The translations under genes were made by a program, and so were the position numbers. This document shows positions 46,811 through 56,954 of a stretch of DNA of 64,000 bases, in pieces. The notes under the pieces were generated by a model. The model did not search any database. It had not been told where the DNA came from and saw nothing but the letters and a program-made list of their open reading frames with translations. Origin of the DNA: Candidatus Cloacimonadota bacterium (GTDB lineage Bacteria; Cloacimonadota; Cloacimonadia; G963667145); assembly GCA_963676615.1 (NCBI GenBank), contig OY781092.1, positions 1,120,001 through 1,184,000 on the forward strand, written 5' to 3'. How positions within the stretch are numbered: position 1 is the stretch's first letter; each line of letters starts with the position of its first letter.

Positions 46811-48348
46811 CTGCGCCTGCCCAATCGCTGCAAAACTCGCTTCAACTCCTGCACCTGTGCAGCATAGGCGAGTCCCACAAAAAGCAAAACGCCAAAAACT
46901 CCCAGCAGCAAAAATTTTCCCGCAAGAGCCGCAAAACCCTCTCCAAAAGAGAACCCGCAATTGCAAAAATCGACAAACCACCAAACAACAAGCCCGCAGA
47001 CCAATATTTTGCAAATCTCCACCAGCGGAAACTGCAAAAATTTATACCGAATTTTTATCCAGCAAAACAAAATCGCGCATTGCAGCACCGCCGAGCAAAG
47101 CGACGCCAAAGCCAGCCCTGCCACACCGAAATAGCGCATAAACCAGAGATTAAGCCCGATGTTTGCCAGCAGCGCAACCGCCGAAACCTTCACTGGCGAT
47201 TTTGTATCGCCGTGCGCGTAAAAAACGCTGACCAAAATGTGATTGAAGCAAAAAAAAGTCAGCGCCAACACATAAAAGAAAAACGGCGAATAGGTCATCT
47301 CCACAGCTTTTTGGTCAAAAACTCCGCGCGCGAACAAAATGGTGATATACTCTCTGCCAAGGCTGATCATCAGCGCCGTGACGGGAATCATCAAAAAAGC
47401 GGACAACACCAAAACATACGAAAAAGTTTTTTGCAACTCTTGGCGGTCTTTTTGAGCAACCAATTTCGAAAAAACGGGCAAGCTCGCCGCCCAAATCGGC
47501 ACACCCAACACCCCCAGCGCTAGCTGCATCAGACGATAAGAATAGCTAAGGCTTGAGGCGCTGCCCACTGCCAAAAACGACGCCAAAAACAGGTCAATAT
47601 AAATATTCAGCTGGCGAACGCCAACCCCAAAAAGTCCCGGCAAAAATCTCTGCCAAACTTTGTCCAAATAATCTCTGCTCCACACCAATTTCAGGCGATA
47701 ACCCACTTTTTTCAGGAATGGCAAATTAACCAAAAGCTGCAAAACTCCGCCGAAAACAATTCCCCACGAATAAGCCACCACTTTTTGCTGCGAAGAGCCG
47801 CCAAGCCAAAAAACAAATCCACCGATGACGAAAATCGTCCCCAAATTGAAAAAAGCTGCCGAAAGCGCAGGCCAAAAAAAGTAATCGTGATAGTTCAAAA
47901 TCGCAATAAGCATCGACGCTGTGCCGATTAAAAAAAGATAAGGCATCATAATTTGGGTAAGAGTAATCGTCAAATCCGCAGTCTGCTGGCTCAATCCGGG
48001 CGCGATGATTTTCACCAAAAAAGGCGCAAAAACGATGCCAGCACAAGAAAACACCAGCAAAATAATCGACAAAAGCGTGAGCAGCGACAAGCCAAAACGC
48101 ACCTGCGCCAAGCGACCTTTTTTCTCTTCGACCTCGCCATAGAGCGGGATAAACGCCGCAGCTAGAGCGCCTTCGCCGAACAAAAGCCGCAAAAAATTGG
48201 GAATGCGATAAGCGTAGTTAAAAGCGTCCGCCAAATAGCTAACACCAAAAAAGGCGGTAAAAATGACATCTCGCAGCAACCCCAAAACTCTGGAAATCAT
48301 CACCGCCGAAGACATCGAGCCCACTTTTTTCAAAAATTTCGCTTTCAT
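46807..48348 (-). CDS. murJ: Lipid II flippase MurJ
   Basis: SRVLGLLRD, ADAF, RIPNFLRLLFGEGAL..AFIP, FYAHGDTKSP. Confidence 0.95.
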   Translation of the reverse strand: MKAKFLKKVGSMSSAVMISRVLGLLRDVIFTAFFGVSYLADAFNYAYRIPNFLRLLFGEGALAAAFIPLYGEVEEKKGRLAQVRFGLSLLTLLSIILLVFSCAGIVFAPFLVKIIAPGLSQQTADLTITLTQIMMPYLFLIGTASMLIAILNYHDYFFWPALSAAFFNLGTIFVIGGFVFWLGGSSQQKVVAYSWGIVFGGVLQLLVNLPFLKKVGYRLKLVWSRDYLDKVWQRFLPGLFGVGVRQLNIYIDLFLASFLAVGSASSLSYSYRLMQLALGVLGVPIWAASLPVFSKLVAQKDRQELQKTFSYVLVLSAFLMIPVTALMISLGREYITILFARGVFDQKAVEMTYSPFFFYVLALTFFCFNHILVSVFYAHGDTKSPVKVSAVALLANIGLNLWFMRYFGVAGLALASLCSAVLQCAILFCWIKIRYKFLQFPLVEICKILVCGLVVWWFVDFCNCGFSFGEGFAALAGKFLLLGVFGVLLFVGLAYAAQVQELKRVLQRLGRRR

Positions 48349-48364
48349 CTTTCCCGCTTAAAGC

Positions 48365-49858
48365 CTAGTAAACCAGCTTTTCGCCCACTGGCAAAACATA
48401 AGTTTTTTTCAGATGGTTCAAATTTATCAGATAGTTCGCCGAAACATTCAGCTTTTTGGCAATCTCCTGCAGGCTATCGCCCTTGCGAACTTTGTAGTAA
48501 TTTTTTTTGCTATAAACATAATCGCCCTTGATGTAGCGCCCGTTTATCGTCAAAATCTGTCCCGGCACAATCCGATTCGATCGCAGCTTATTCTCCTTGC
48601 GAATCACGCTGGTGTAGGTCTTAAATTTCCGAGCAATGCTCACCAAATTGTCGTCTTTCTGCACCCGATAATAGATATTTATCGCATCGTTTTTCTTCGC
48701 CAGCTCCGCCTTCGCTTGCTTCAAAAGTTCAAAATTCACCTTCACATCTTTCGGCACCCAAAACCCGTAATCTCCATACGGCAAAATCACATTATTCACC
48801 TTCGCATAGCGGCTTCGCTGATGCTTGTAAATCTTTATCCAATAATTATTTTTCCAAATCGTGCTGATGTTCGTGCCTTGCGCAATCGCCCACTTATCCA
48901 AATTGTGATACCCCCGCAGCGCAATATTCACCCGCTTGAACTGCCGCTCAATCGGCTCTTCCCGAGGAAGCTCCTGCCCAAAAATCTGCTTCTCGTTCTC
49001 GAAAATAATCTTGATCGCCACAGCTCGCCACACATAGCGATTGGTCTCCTCGGCGCTCATTATCAGCTCCGAAAAAGTTTTGCCGTTCTGCCGCTTGATT
49101 ACCTTGCTGATATTGCCGACGCCAGCGTTGTAGGCGCACATCGCCAAAAGCCAACTATCCACGCCGTATTTCGCCAAAAATTTCTTGTTAAACTTCAGCA
49201 AACGAATCGCCGCTTTGGTCGCTTTAAAAATATCTCGCCGCTCGTCCACAAAATTGTCAATCCGCAGCTTATATTCCCTTGCCGTGGAAGGCATAAACTG
49301 CCAAAGCCCGTCTGCCCCTGCCCACGATCTTGCCATCGGATTCAGGGCGCTCTCCGACACCGCAAGATATTTCAAATCGTCAGGCGCTTTCTCTTGTGCA
49401 AAAATTTTGGCAAAAAGGTCGAAATAAAATCCGCTTCGTGAGATGTAAGTCCTTGCATTTTTCAGCTCCTGCTCAAAAATCTCCTCGAACTTCTCCCGAA
49501 TTTTTGGCGACGACAAATCCACTGGCTCACCCGCAAAAACCACCACTTTCGGAATCTTGAACTCCAACTCTCCCGAAGCAATCTCCAGCTGCCGCCGCAG
49601 CGACTCCTTCTCCAGATACACGCCGTTGAGCTTCTCGATATACTCATCGATCGAAACCGTCAGCTCCTCCACCTCCTGCTGCCGTGCCTGCAAATCTTCC
49701 TCCAATCGCGCAAGAGAATCTTGCAGAGTCTGCAAAAGAAGTTCCTGCCGTTTTGCCAGAGTCAAAGAGCTATCAGCCAAATCCGCCGACGCAGATTTTT
49801 TACAAGAAAAAGCAAAAAAAAGAGCGAGACACAAAAAAAATAGACGCAAAAATTTCAT
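48365..49858 (-). CDS. MltD-like lytic transglycosylase lipoprotein (coiled coil, SLT, 2 LysM), paralog 2
   Basis: Lipobox AFSC, YLAVSES, GLWQFMP, AYNAG, ETNRYV, two LysM domains. Confidence 0.9.
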   Translation of the reverse strand: MKFLRLFFLCLALFFAFSCKKSASADLADSSLTLAKRQELLLQTLQDSLARLEEDLQARQQEVEELTVSIDEYIEKLNGVYLEKESLRRQLEIASGELEFKIPKVVVFAGEPVDLSSPKIREKFEEIFEQELKNARTYISRSGFYFDLFAKIFAQEKAPDDLKYLAVSESALNPMARSWAGADGLWQFMPSTAREYKLRIDNFVDERRDIFKATKAAIRLLKFNKKFLAKYGVDSWLLAMCAYNAGVGNISKVIKRQNGKTFSELIMSAEETNRYVWRAVAIKIIFENEKQIFGQELPREEPIERQFKRVNIALRGYHNLDKWAIAQGTNISTIWKNNYWIKIYKHQRSRYAKVNNVILPYGDYGFWVPKDVKVNFELLKQAKAELAKKNDAINIYYRVQKDDNLVSIARKFKTYTSVIRKENKLRSNRIVPGQILTINGRYIKGDYVYSKKNYYKVRKGDSLQEIAKKLNVSANYLINLNHLKKTYVLPVGEKLVY

Positions 49859-49870
49859 TCCCAAAAAAAA

Positions 49871-51397
49871 TTACGAACTTCTGACTTTCAAAAGTTGCCC
49901 CACTTGAATCGTGTTTGAACTCAAATTGTTAAGCGACTTGAGCGTCGAAACATAAGTACGAAACTTTTTGGCGATTTTGGACAAAGAGTCGCCGGCTCGC
50001 ACACGATAATAGTTGCCATTGGTCGCCGCATATTTACGCCCAACTTGTATCTTCAGGCGCTGCCCAATGCGGATCATCGTCCCACGAATATTGTTAATCG
50101 CCTTTATCGCCGCAATTGTCGTCCGATATTTCAGCGCAATCGAGCCCAGATTATCGCCCTTGCGCACCCGATAAGTCACGACCATATCGCCCTTTGTCGC
50201 CAATTTCTTTTCCGCGGCTGCCAAAAGTTCCACATTCGGCGCAGCGTCCTTGTGCAAAAGCACCGTGTATTCCCCCGGCGGCAAAATCACGCTATTCACA
50301 CGAGAATACTTGCTGCGACGCATTTTATACATCTTAATCCAGTGATTATCCAGCCAAATATCGCGAATGTTCGTCCCTTGCGCAATCGCCCACTGGTTCA
50401 GGCTGTGATAGCCGCCAAGCTTGACCTTAGCCATCCTCATCTGCTCCAAAATCGACTTTTGCTTCTCAAACTCCTTGCCAAAAAGTTCCTGCTGATTTTC
50501 AAAAATCAACTTGATGGCAATCGCCCGCCACACATAGCGATTAGTCTCGTCCGCCTTCATAATCAGCTCTTCAAAATCGGTCGAACCCTGCCGTTTGATA
50601 TCTTTGGCGACATTGCCCACACCAGCGTTGTAACTACACATCGCAAGCAGCCAATCCTCGCAACCCAGACGCTGCAAATACGCATAACTGTGCAGCATAT
50701 AGTCCGCCGCCGCGTTGGTCGCTTTGATAATATCCCGCCGCTGATCGACATACGAGTTAATCTCCATCCGATACTGTTTACCCGTCCGCGGCATAAACTG
50801 CCAAACACCGTCCGCTCCAGCCCACGAATGCGCTATCGGATTCAAGCAACTCTCGGCAACCGCCAAATATTTCGTATCCTCTGGCACTTTCTTCTGCCGA
50901 AAAACTTCCTCAAAAAGCGGAAAATAGTAGCCACTTCTGGGAATAAACTTGTGAGCAAACTTCAGCTCGTTATTAAAAATCTTTTGGAACTTATCACGAA
51001 TGCGAGGGCGCGAAATATCAACAACTTTCCCCGCAAAAACCACCGAATCTGGCAGCCGAAACTCCATATTTATCTGAGCGATGCTCGCCGCTACCTCCAG
51101 CTGCTCCAGCACCTTCTCGTTCTTCGCCTCCGCCTGCTCCAGCTGCCGCGAAAGCTCCTGAATCTCGCCATTGAGCATCTGAATCGTCTTGTCCTTCTCC
51201 TGCAGCTGCTGATCTTTGTCCTGCAAAGTCTCCGACACCTCTTTCAGCGGCTCTGGGCTGATGTTATTGCTACTCAGAATGCTCTCAATCTCCCGCACAT
51301 AATCTTCGCTAAACACGCTCTCTTGCTTTTGTGCCGCACAACCAAACAGCAAACCAAAACACAAACTTCCTATCAAAAATCTTCTCAAAAACTCCAT
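49871..51397 (-). CDS. MltD-like lytic transglycosylase lipoprotein (coiled coil, SLT, 2 LysM), paralog 1
   Basis: Lipobox LFGC, YLAVAES, GVWQFMP, SYNAG, ETNRYV, two LysM domains. Confidence 0.9.
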   Translation of the reverse strand: MEFLRRFLIGSLCFGLLFGCAAQKQESVFSEDYVREIESILSSNNISPEPLKEVSETLQDKDQQLQEKDKTIQMLNGEIQELSRQLEQAEAKNEKVLEQLEVAASIAQINMEFRLPDSVVFAGKVVDISRPRIRDKFQKIFNNELKFAHKFIPRSGYYFPLFEEVFRQKKVPEDTKYLAVAESCLNPIAHSWAGADGVWQFMPRTGKQYRMEINSYVDQRRDIIKATNAAADYMLHSYAYLQRLGCEDWLLAMCSYNAGVGNVAKDIKRQGSTDFEELIMKADETNRYVWRAIAIKLIFENQQELFGKEFEKQKSILEQMRMAKVKLGGYHSLNQWAIAQGTNIRDIWLDNHWIKMYKMRRSKYSRVNSVILPPGEYTVLLHKDAAPNVELLAAAEKKLATKGDMVVTYRVRKGDNLGSIALKYRTTIAAIKAINNIRGTMIRIGQRLKIQVGRKYAATNGNYYRVRAGDSLSKIAKKFRTYVSTLKSLNNLSSNTIQVGQLLKVRSS

Positions 51398-51424
51398 CCT
51401 TCTAGAAAAAATCTTCCGCAAAAA

Positions 51425-52345
51425 TCACCTGATAAATCGCAAATCAACTGGCGATAAAACCTTGCCATTCTCGACAAACTCCTGCCAAACCTCAATGCTC
51501 TCCTGGCTCATTCTACGCTTTGCGCCCGCCGTGTATGCGCCCGTGTGCGGCGTTAGCAGCACATTCTCAAACTCTTGCAACAGCGGCGCCTTCGTCGGCT
51601 CAACAGCAAAAACATCCAAGCCAGCACCTTGAATTTTTTTCGCCTTAATTCCCTTTGCAATCGCCAACTCGTCCACAACCGCACCTCTGGCAACATTCAA
51701 CAAAAAAATCGGCTCTTTTATCAAACCCAAAGATTTCTGATTAAAATAGTGAAAAGTCTGATCGTAAAGCGGACAATGAAAACTCAAAACATTGCACCAG
51801 CCAAGCCCCCGCTCATACGAACAAAACTCGAAATCGCCCCGCTGCTCTTTGTCAAGAAACGGATCGACACAGCGAACCTGCGCTCCCAAAAACTGCAAAC
51901 TCTTCGCAACTCGCGCCCCCACTCTGCCTGCTCCAACCACCAACACACGCAAATCGGGAAACTCCAAATTCTCGGGAAGATTTTTTTTCCAATCGCCAAT
52001 CAAAACTGCGTTCTGCGAAATTCGATGCCCCTTAACAAGCGCCAACAAAAGCGAAATCGTGTGCTCATAAGCCGAATAAGCGTTTGCGTGCGGCGTATTG
52101 CACACCTGCACACCCTGCGCCAGCGCCTGCTTCACGGCGATATTATCAAAGCCGCTACCAGCCCGAATAATCAGCTTCAGCTTAGGAAATTTCTGCAAAA
52201 GCCCAAGATCAAAATTGGTCTTCGTCCTGATAATCGCCACCTGACTCTCGGGGTCGATCTCTTGCATAAAAAATCCGCCGATTTTTTTCTCCTGCACCAG
52301 CTGCCAAAAATGGCTCGGCATCTTCTCCAAAACCGAAGTTCTCAT
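51425..52345 (-). CDS. D-isomer-specific 2-hydroxyacid dehydrogenase (SerA-like, no ACT domain)
   Basis: RAGSGFDNI, VCNTP, GAGRVG, HCPL, NVARG, LDVFAVEP, LTPHTGA. Confidence 0.85.
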   Translation of the reverse strand: MRTSVLEKMPSHFWQLVQEKKIGGFFMQEIDPESQVAIIRTKTNFDLGLLQKFPKLKLIIRAGSGFDNIAVKQALAQGVQVCNTPHANAYSAYEHTISLLLALVKGHRISQNAVLIGDWKKNLPENLEFPDLRVLVVGAGRVGARVAKSLQFLGAQVRCVDPFLDKEQRGDFEFCSYERGLGWCNVLSFHCPLYDQTFHYFNQKSLGLIKEPIFLLNVARGAVVDELAIAKGIKAKKIQGAGLDVFAVEPTKAPLLQEFENVLLTPHTGAYTAGAKRRMSQESIEVWQEFVENGKVLSPVDLRFIR

Positions 52346-52352
52346 AATTTTA

Positions 52353-53777
52353 CTAAATCTTAAAAAAATTCTGAACGACTCTCGACGGCGTAATCGCTGG
52401 CGTCCCATAAACTTTTGCGAGTTTTTCGGCTGTATCTCCAACCAAAAAAGCTCCGCCGAGGCAAGCTTTCTCTGGACTAAGCCCTTGCGCCAAAAAAGAG
52501 GCTATCACGCCCGCCAATACATCGCCACTGCCGCCTGTGGCAAGCCCGTCATTGCCTTTGTCAATAAACCAAATTTTCTGCCCCTGACAAAACAAACTCG
52601 TGTGCGATTTCAGCAAAACAGAACAGCGATATCGTTGCACAAACTCCCGCAATTTCAGAGTCGGTTCTGCCAAAATCTGGGCAATCGAACACTGGCAAAG
52701 CCGTGCAAACTCGCCAATATGCGGCGTCAAAACCGCACCATTTAGCTCCTGCAAAAGCTCCCGATTTTCTGCCAAAATATTTAGCCCGTCCGCATCAATA
52801 ACCAACTTTTCGTTATTTTCCGCCAAACATTTTTGCAAAATTTCGACATTTTTCGTGCCCAATCCAGGACCAATCAAAACAGCATCCGCGCTCGCCAAAT
52901 CCAAATCGGCAAAAGATTTGGTCATCACCTCCGTCAAAGCGACCTCAAAAATCTGCTCCATTCCCGCTGGATGATAGAGGCTTACCAAACCCGCTCCGCT
53001 GTGCAAAGCCGCCCGTGAGCTCAAAATCGCCGCACCGCTAAACCCCGGCGAGCCCGCAACAATCGCTAGCCGCCCACAATCGCCCTTGTGCATCGTGGCG
53101 CTGCGCCTAGGCAAAATCTGCTCATCCAAATAAGCAAAATCGTCCTGACTTTTGGCGAGTTCCTGCTCGGGAATGCCGATAGGAACGACCACCAACTGCC
53201 CACAAACCGCTTTGCCTCTGCCCAAAAAATGACCGGGCTTAGCCGCCGCCATCGTAAGCGTCCAATCCGCCAGCACGCAACAATCGCAAACGCCGCTATC
53301 GGCACAAAGTCCGCTGGGAATATCGATTGCCGCAACTTTGGCAGGCGAAAAATTTATCTGCTCAACAATCGCTTTGGCGTCACCCTGCAAAGCACCTCGA
53401 AAGCCGATACCAAAAATCGCATCCACGACTAAATCGCACTTTGGAATTTCTGTCGAATTTTCCAAAATCGGCAAATTCAGCATCTGACAAGCTCGCCAAT
53501 TTTCAGCCGTTTCAGGAGAAAATTTGTTCGTCTCCCCCAGCAAAAAAATCGTTACCTCATAGCCAAATTTCACTAACCAGCGCGCAACAACAAAGCCGTC
53601 ACCGCCGTTGTTTCCGTCGCCACAAACGACCACCACACTTTTGCCAAAATCAAGCTTGGCGATAAAATCGGCGCAACCTTTGCCCGCATTCTCCATCAAA
53701 ACCCGAGACGGCAAAAAATAGTCGCTCATCGCCAAAGCGTCCGCCTGGCGCATCGCCTTTTTGTCTAAAATATACAC
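52353..53777 (-). CDS. nnr: Bifunctional NAD(P)H-hydrate epimerase/dehydratase
   Basis: LMENAG, GNNGGDG, DAIFGIG, DIPSG, HKG, IGPGLG, DADGL, LTPHIGE, GGSGDVLAG. Confidence 0.95.
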   Translation of the reverse strand: MYILDKKAMRQADALAMSDYFLPSRVLMENAGKGCADFIAKLDFGKSVVVVCGDGNNGGDGFVVARWLVKFGYEVTIFLLGETNKFSPETAENWRACQMLNLPILENSTEIPKCDLVVDAIFGIGFRGALQGDAKAIVEQINFSPAKVAAIDIPSGLCADSGVCDCCVLADWTLTMAAAKPGHFLGRGKAVCGQLVVVPIGIPEQELAKSQDDFAYLDEQILPRRSATMHKGDCGRLAIVAGSPGFSGAAILSSRAALHSGAGLVSLYHPAGMEQIFEVALTEVMTKSFADLDLASADAVLIGPGLGTKNVEILQKCLAENNEKLVIDADGLNILAENRELLQELNGAVLTPHIGEFARLCQCSIAQILAEPTLKLREFVQRYRCSVLLKSHTSLFCQGQKIWFIDKGNDGLATGGSGDVLAGVIASFLAQGLSPEKACLGGAFLVGDTAEKLAKVYGTPAITPSRVVQNFFKI

Positions 53778-53813
53778 AATCCAGACCTTAGCAGCTGTAG
53801 TTTTTAGCGGAGA

Positions 53814-54440
53814 TTATTTCGTCCCAAAAATTTTGTCGCCAGCGTCGCCCAATCCAGGCAAAATATAGCCCACATCGTTCAACTTTTCGTCAATTGCGGC
53901 GGTGTAGATTTCTACATCTGGGTGCAACTTTTCGACTTTGGCAATTCCCTCGGGAGCTGCCACCAAAAAAATTCCCTTAATTTGCTTGCAGCCCGCTTTT
54001 TTCAAGGCGTCGATAGTCGCAATCAAAGTTCCGCCCGTGGCTAACATCGGATCAAGAATCAACGCCACTCGCTGATCCATCAAGCTGGTAAATTTTTGGT
54101 AATAGTTCACCGCCTCCAATGTCTCCTCGTTGCGATAAAACCCGACAACGCTGATTTTAGCCGACGGAATTATGTCAATAACGCCGTTCATCATCCCGAT
54201 GCCAGCGCGCAAAATCGGCACAATCGTGATTTTTTTGCCCTTTATCTGCTGCACCGTCGTTTTGCCAGCCCAACATTCGATTTCCTTCTCCTCCAGCGGC
54301 AAACTTTCCGTCGCCTTGTAGGTCAAATAATGAGCGATCTCGGCAGAAAGCTCCCTAAATTTTTTCGTAGAAATATCCTTATCCCTCAAAAGCCCCAACT
54401 TATGCTTGATAAGGGGATGATTTTCGACATGAACCAACAT
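53814..54440 (-). CDS. upp: Uracil phosphoribosyltransferase
   Basis: [48 protein letters not shown]. Confidence 0.97.
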   Translation of the reverse strand: MLVHVENHPLIKHKLGLLRDKDISTKKFRELSAEIAHYLTYKATESLPLEEKEIECWAGKTTVQQIKGKKITIVPILRAGIGMMNGVIDIIPSAKISVVGFYRNEETLEAVNYYQKFTSLMDQRVALILDPMLATGGTLIATIDALKKAGCKQIKGIFLVAAPEGIAKVEKLHPDVEIYTAAIDEKLNDVGYILPGLGDAGDKIFGTK

Positions 54441-54535
54441 TGCATTTCCTCCAGTTAAAATTTTTTCGTTTGTTTCACTTGGATGCATCTTGTCAACAAA
54501 TTTTTGCGGTAGCTTTGGAAAGTTGACACCAAACA

Positions 54536-54559
54536 AAAAGCCCCCGATTTGAGGGCTTT
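54536..54559 (-). terminator. Intrinsic terminator
   Basis: Minus strand AAAGCCCTC-AAATC-GGGGGCTTTTT. Confidence 0.7.
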
Positions 54560-54628
54560 GATTTGCGATTACCGCTTAAAAAATTATCAGAAAAATTTTA
54601 GAGACTGTTTTTGATTATCGTTTCCTAC

Positions 54629-54937
54629 CTAACCAACAAAAAGTTTAATAAAAATCGCTATCAAAGCACCAGAAATTATGCCCAATTGCCACTTTGCAAA
54701 ATTGTAATATCTATCAAATAGCTTGTCCATCACCTCAAATTTTTCATCAACTTTCACATTCAAAGCCTTTATTTCTGACCTCAAATCTTGATCGAGATGA
54801 GCGAAATGGTTTGTTTGAGCCTTCAGAACCAAAATCATCATCTCTTCCGAAGACAACGACCCCCCACGACCTAATTTATCAATTAGCTCCGTAGTTTTGC
54901 CATCAAGCCAATTTTCAAAGATACTATCGTTAAACAT
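54629..54937 (-). CDS. Small hypothetical coiled-coil protein with C-terminal TM anchor
   Basis: GAGG RBS, LKAQTNHFAHLDQDLR, VDEKFEVMDK coiled coil, hydrophobic C-terminus. AT-rich. Confidence 0.75.
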   Translation of the reverse strand: MFNDSIFENWLDGKTTELIDKLGRGGSLSSEEMMILVLKAQTNHFAHLDQDLRSEIKALNVKVDEKFEVMDKLFDRYYNFAKWQLGIISGALIAIFIKLFVG

Positions 54938-55085
54938 TCAACACCTCAATTTACATAAGCCGATACTCATTTCCAAAAAATGAGCAAAATTCATCTTGTC
55001 AACAAGTTTTTGAAGAGAGTAAAAAAAGCTGCACTAAGAAATTTTCTGCGTTTTTTTTGGTAAACCAAGCAGGCAACAAAACTTC

Positions 55086-55227
55086 TTACACCAAAATAAT
55101 GGCTTATCATTTGCTGCTTATATTTTGGTGTCATAGTCCGTTGCAGAGCAAGAAGCACCTGGATTCCTGCCTTCGCAGGAATGAGGGAATCTAGGACGAA
55201 GACGGGTCTTTTAACTTTTACCTAATA
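55086..55227. repeat. Cluster of repeat modules shared with 41851-42000
   Basis: TIR element 55086-55134, inverted REP-like palindrome 55160-55187, and TTTAACTTTTACCTAATA 55210-55227 (17/18 to 41921-41938). Confidence 0.8.
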
Positions 55228-55229
55228 AC

Positions 55230-56189
55230 TTATAACTGCTCTGATTTTAAAAAATCAGAGCCAAATTTTCGCTCTAACTTCCTTAGCAACAATCGATTAT
55301 GTCCATAATAAAGTGAAGTATCCTCTGGGCTTATCACCAAATTTTCCACACCGTTCGGATTTTCCGCACAAATTTTCTCATAAAGTGCCTGAATTTGCAC
55401 CAGTTCGCCAAACGACGCGTGATATGGCCCCGCAACTACCTGCTGGGCGCTGAGCGAAACATCGGAGTGCAAACCGACTTTGATTACCTTGATGCTTTTC
55501 GACTCCAACGCCTTTTTCCAGCGGCAACACAACTGCACCGCCAGCTCCAAACTGGTTGGTTCATACTCCCATGCGCAATACAGCCGCTCCAACTGAGTGC
55601 CAGCCAAAACGAGCGTCGGATAAATCCGCACCTCTTGCGGTTGTAAATCCAAAACCGTCTGCAAAGTCAACTCCAAACTCTGCGGACTGCTTCCTGGCAA
55701 AAACGGCATAAGCTGCACCGTTACAACAAAATCAGCCACCTGCAAACGCCTCACTGCCTCAATCGCCTGCTGCGCGCTATACCCTCTGCCAGATTTTTGC
55801 AAAACCTCGTCCGAAAACGACTGCACGCCAAGCTCCACTGCCTGCACGCCATACTTTTGCAAAAGCGCCAAATTCTCAACAGACAAACAGTCTGGTCGTG
55901 TAGAAATTCGAATAGAATCGTCACTCGGAAGATAAGCCCGAACGCTCTGCAAATAATGCTCCTGCATTTCTAGCGGCAAAGCGGTAAAAGTTCCGCCGAA
56001 AAAAGCGACCTCTTTTTTTTGCCCACTTCGATATTCCACAAACTTTTGGACAAGCTCAGCCACCTGATTTGGCTGCAAAATCTCCGCCTGCGCAGTTATC
56101 GCGTTCTGCTGACAGTAGATACAGCGAAACGGACACCCCGCAAACGGTAAAAAAATGGGAAGCCGAATAGCTCCCCGATTTTTTTTCAT
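55230..56189 (-). CDS. Radical SAM protein (Elp3-like, rnc-linked)
   Basis: IFLPFAGCPFRCIYCQQ, AFFGGTFT, ISTRPD, ELGVQS, RIYPTLV, AGPYHASFGE. ATGA-coupled to rnc. Confidence 0.9.
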   Translation of the reverse strand: MKKNRGAIRLPIFLPFAGCPFRCIYCQQNAITAQAEILQPNQVAELVQKFVEYRSGQKKEVAFFGGTFTALPLEMQEHYLQSVRAYLPSDDSIRISTRPDCLSVENLALLQKYGVQAVELGVQSFSDEVLQKSGRGYSAQQAIEAVRRLQVADFVVTVQLMPFLPGSSPQSLELTLQTVLDLQPQEVRIYPTLVLAGTQLERLYCAWEYEPTSLELAVQLCCRWKKALESKSIKVIKVGLHSDVSLSAQQVVAGPYHASFGELVQIQALYEKICAENPNGVENLVISPEDTSLYYGHNRLLLRKLERKFGSDFLKSEQL

Positions 56190-56947
56190 CTTTTTTCCGA
56201 TTTTATCTTTTGCCATACAGCTTTGGCGGCGTCCTGTTGCGCCGCTTTTTTGTTCACACCAGAGCCTTTTCCCCAAAATTTGCCATCAAAAAAAACCTCC
56301 ACATAAAAAACTTTGGCGTGCTCGGGTCCTTCTTCGCTGGCGATTTTGTAAGTAGGCAAAGCCTGAAATTTCCCCTGAAAATACTCCTGCACTAGGCTCT
56401 TGTAATTTTGCAAATAGTCACGAGTCACCTCTTTTTCAAAATTTTGCAAACATTTGCTGGCGACAAATTTCCTAGCTTCGTCAATTCCGCCGTCCAAATA
56501 AATCGCACAAATCAGCGACTCCAAAGCGTCCGAGAGAATCGACGCCCGCTTTCTGCCGCCGCTGCGACTCTCGTCGTGCGACAAAAAAAGCGTGTCGCCA
56601 AGACTCAGCTCTTTGGCAATATGCGCCAAATATTTTTCCGAGCCAACTTTCGACTTCAGCTTCGAGAGGTAGCCCTCTTTTTTTTCGGGATATTTATTGA
56701 ACAAACACTCTGCCACCAAAAAGCCCAAAATCGCATCGCCAAAAAACTCCATCCGCTCAAAAGAGCCAAGCTTGCTGTCAGATTTCCGCACGAACGAAAG
56801 GTGCGTCATCGCTAGCTTCAAATAGTCGATATTGCGAAACTTGTAGCCTATTTTTTTTTGCAAAACTTCGGCTTTTTTTTGCCAACTGCTATCGCCCTGC
56901 GGGAGTTTCCCCTTTACTTTTCCAAAAAATTTGAACTTAAACTTCAC
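56186..56947 (-). CDS. rnc: Ribonuclease III
   Basis: ERMEFFGDAIL, DALESLICAIYLD, dsRBD (YKSLVQE, GPEHAK, KKAAQQDAA). Confidence 0.96.
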   Translation of the reverse strand: MKFKFKFFGKVKGKLPQGDSSWQKKAEVLQKKIGYKFRNIDYLKLAMTHLSFVRKSDSKLGSFERMEFFGDAILGFLVAECLFNKYPEKKEGYLSKLKSKVGSEKYLAHIAKELSLGDTLFLSHDESRSGGRKRASILSDALESLICAIYLDGGIDEARKFVASKCLQNFEKEVTRDYLQNYKSLVQEYFQGKFQALPTYKIASEEGPEHAKVFYVEVFFDGKFWGKGSGVNKKAAQQDAAKAVWQKIKSEKR

Positions 56948-56954
56948 AAATTGT

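Larger units (their letters stand above)
54486..55012. repeat. 21-bp direct repeats (54486-54506 and 54992-55012) flanking one small gene
   Basis: CATCTTGTCAACAA(A/G)TTTTTG, 20/21 identical. Each contains a minus-strand TTGACA. Confidence 0.8.
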
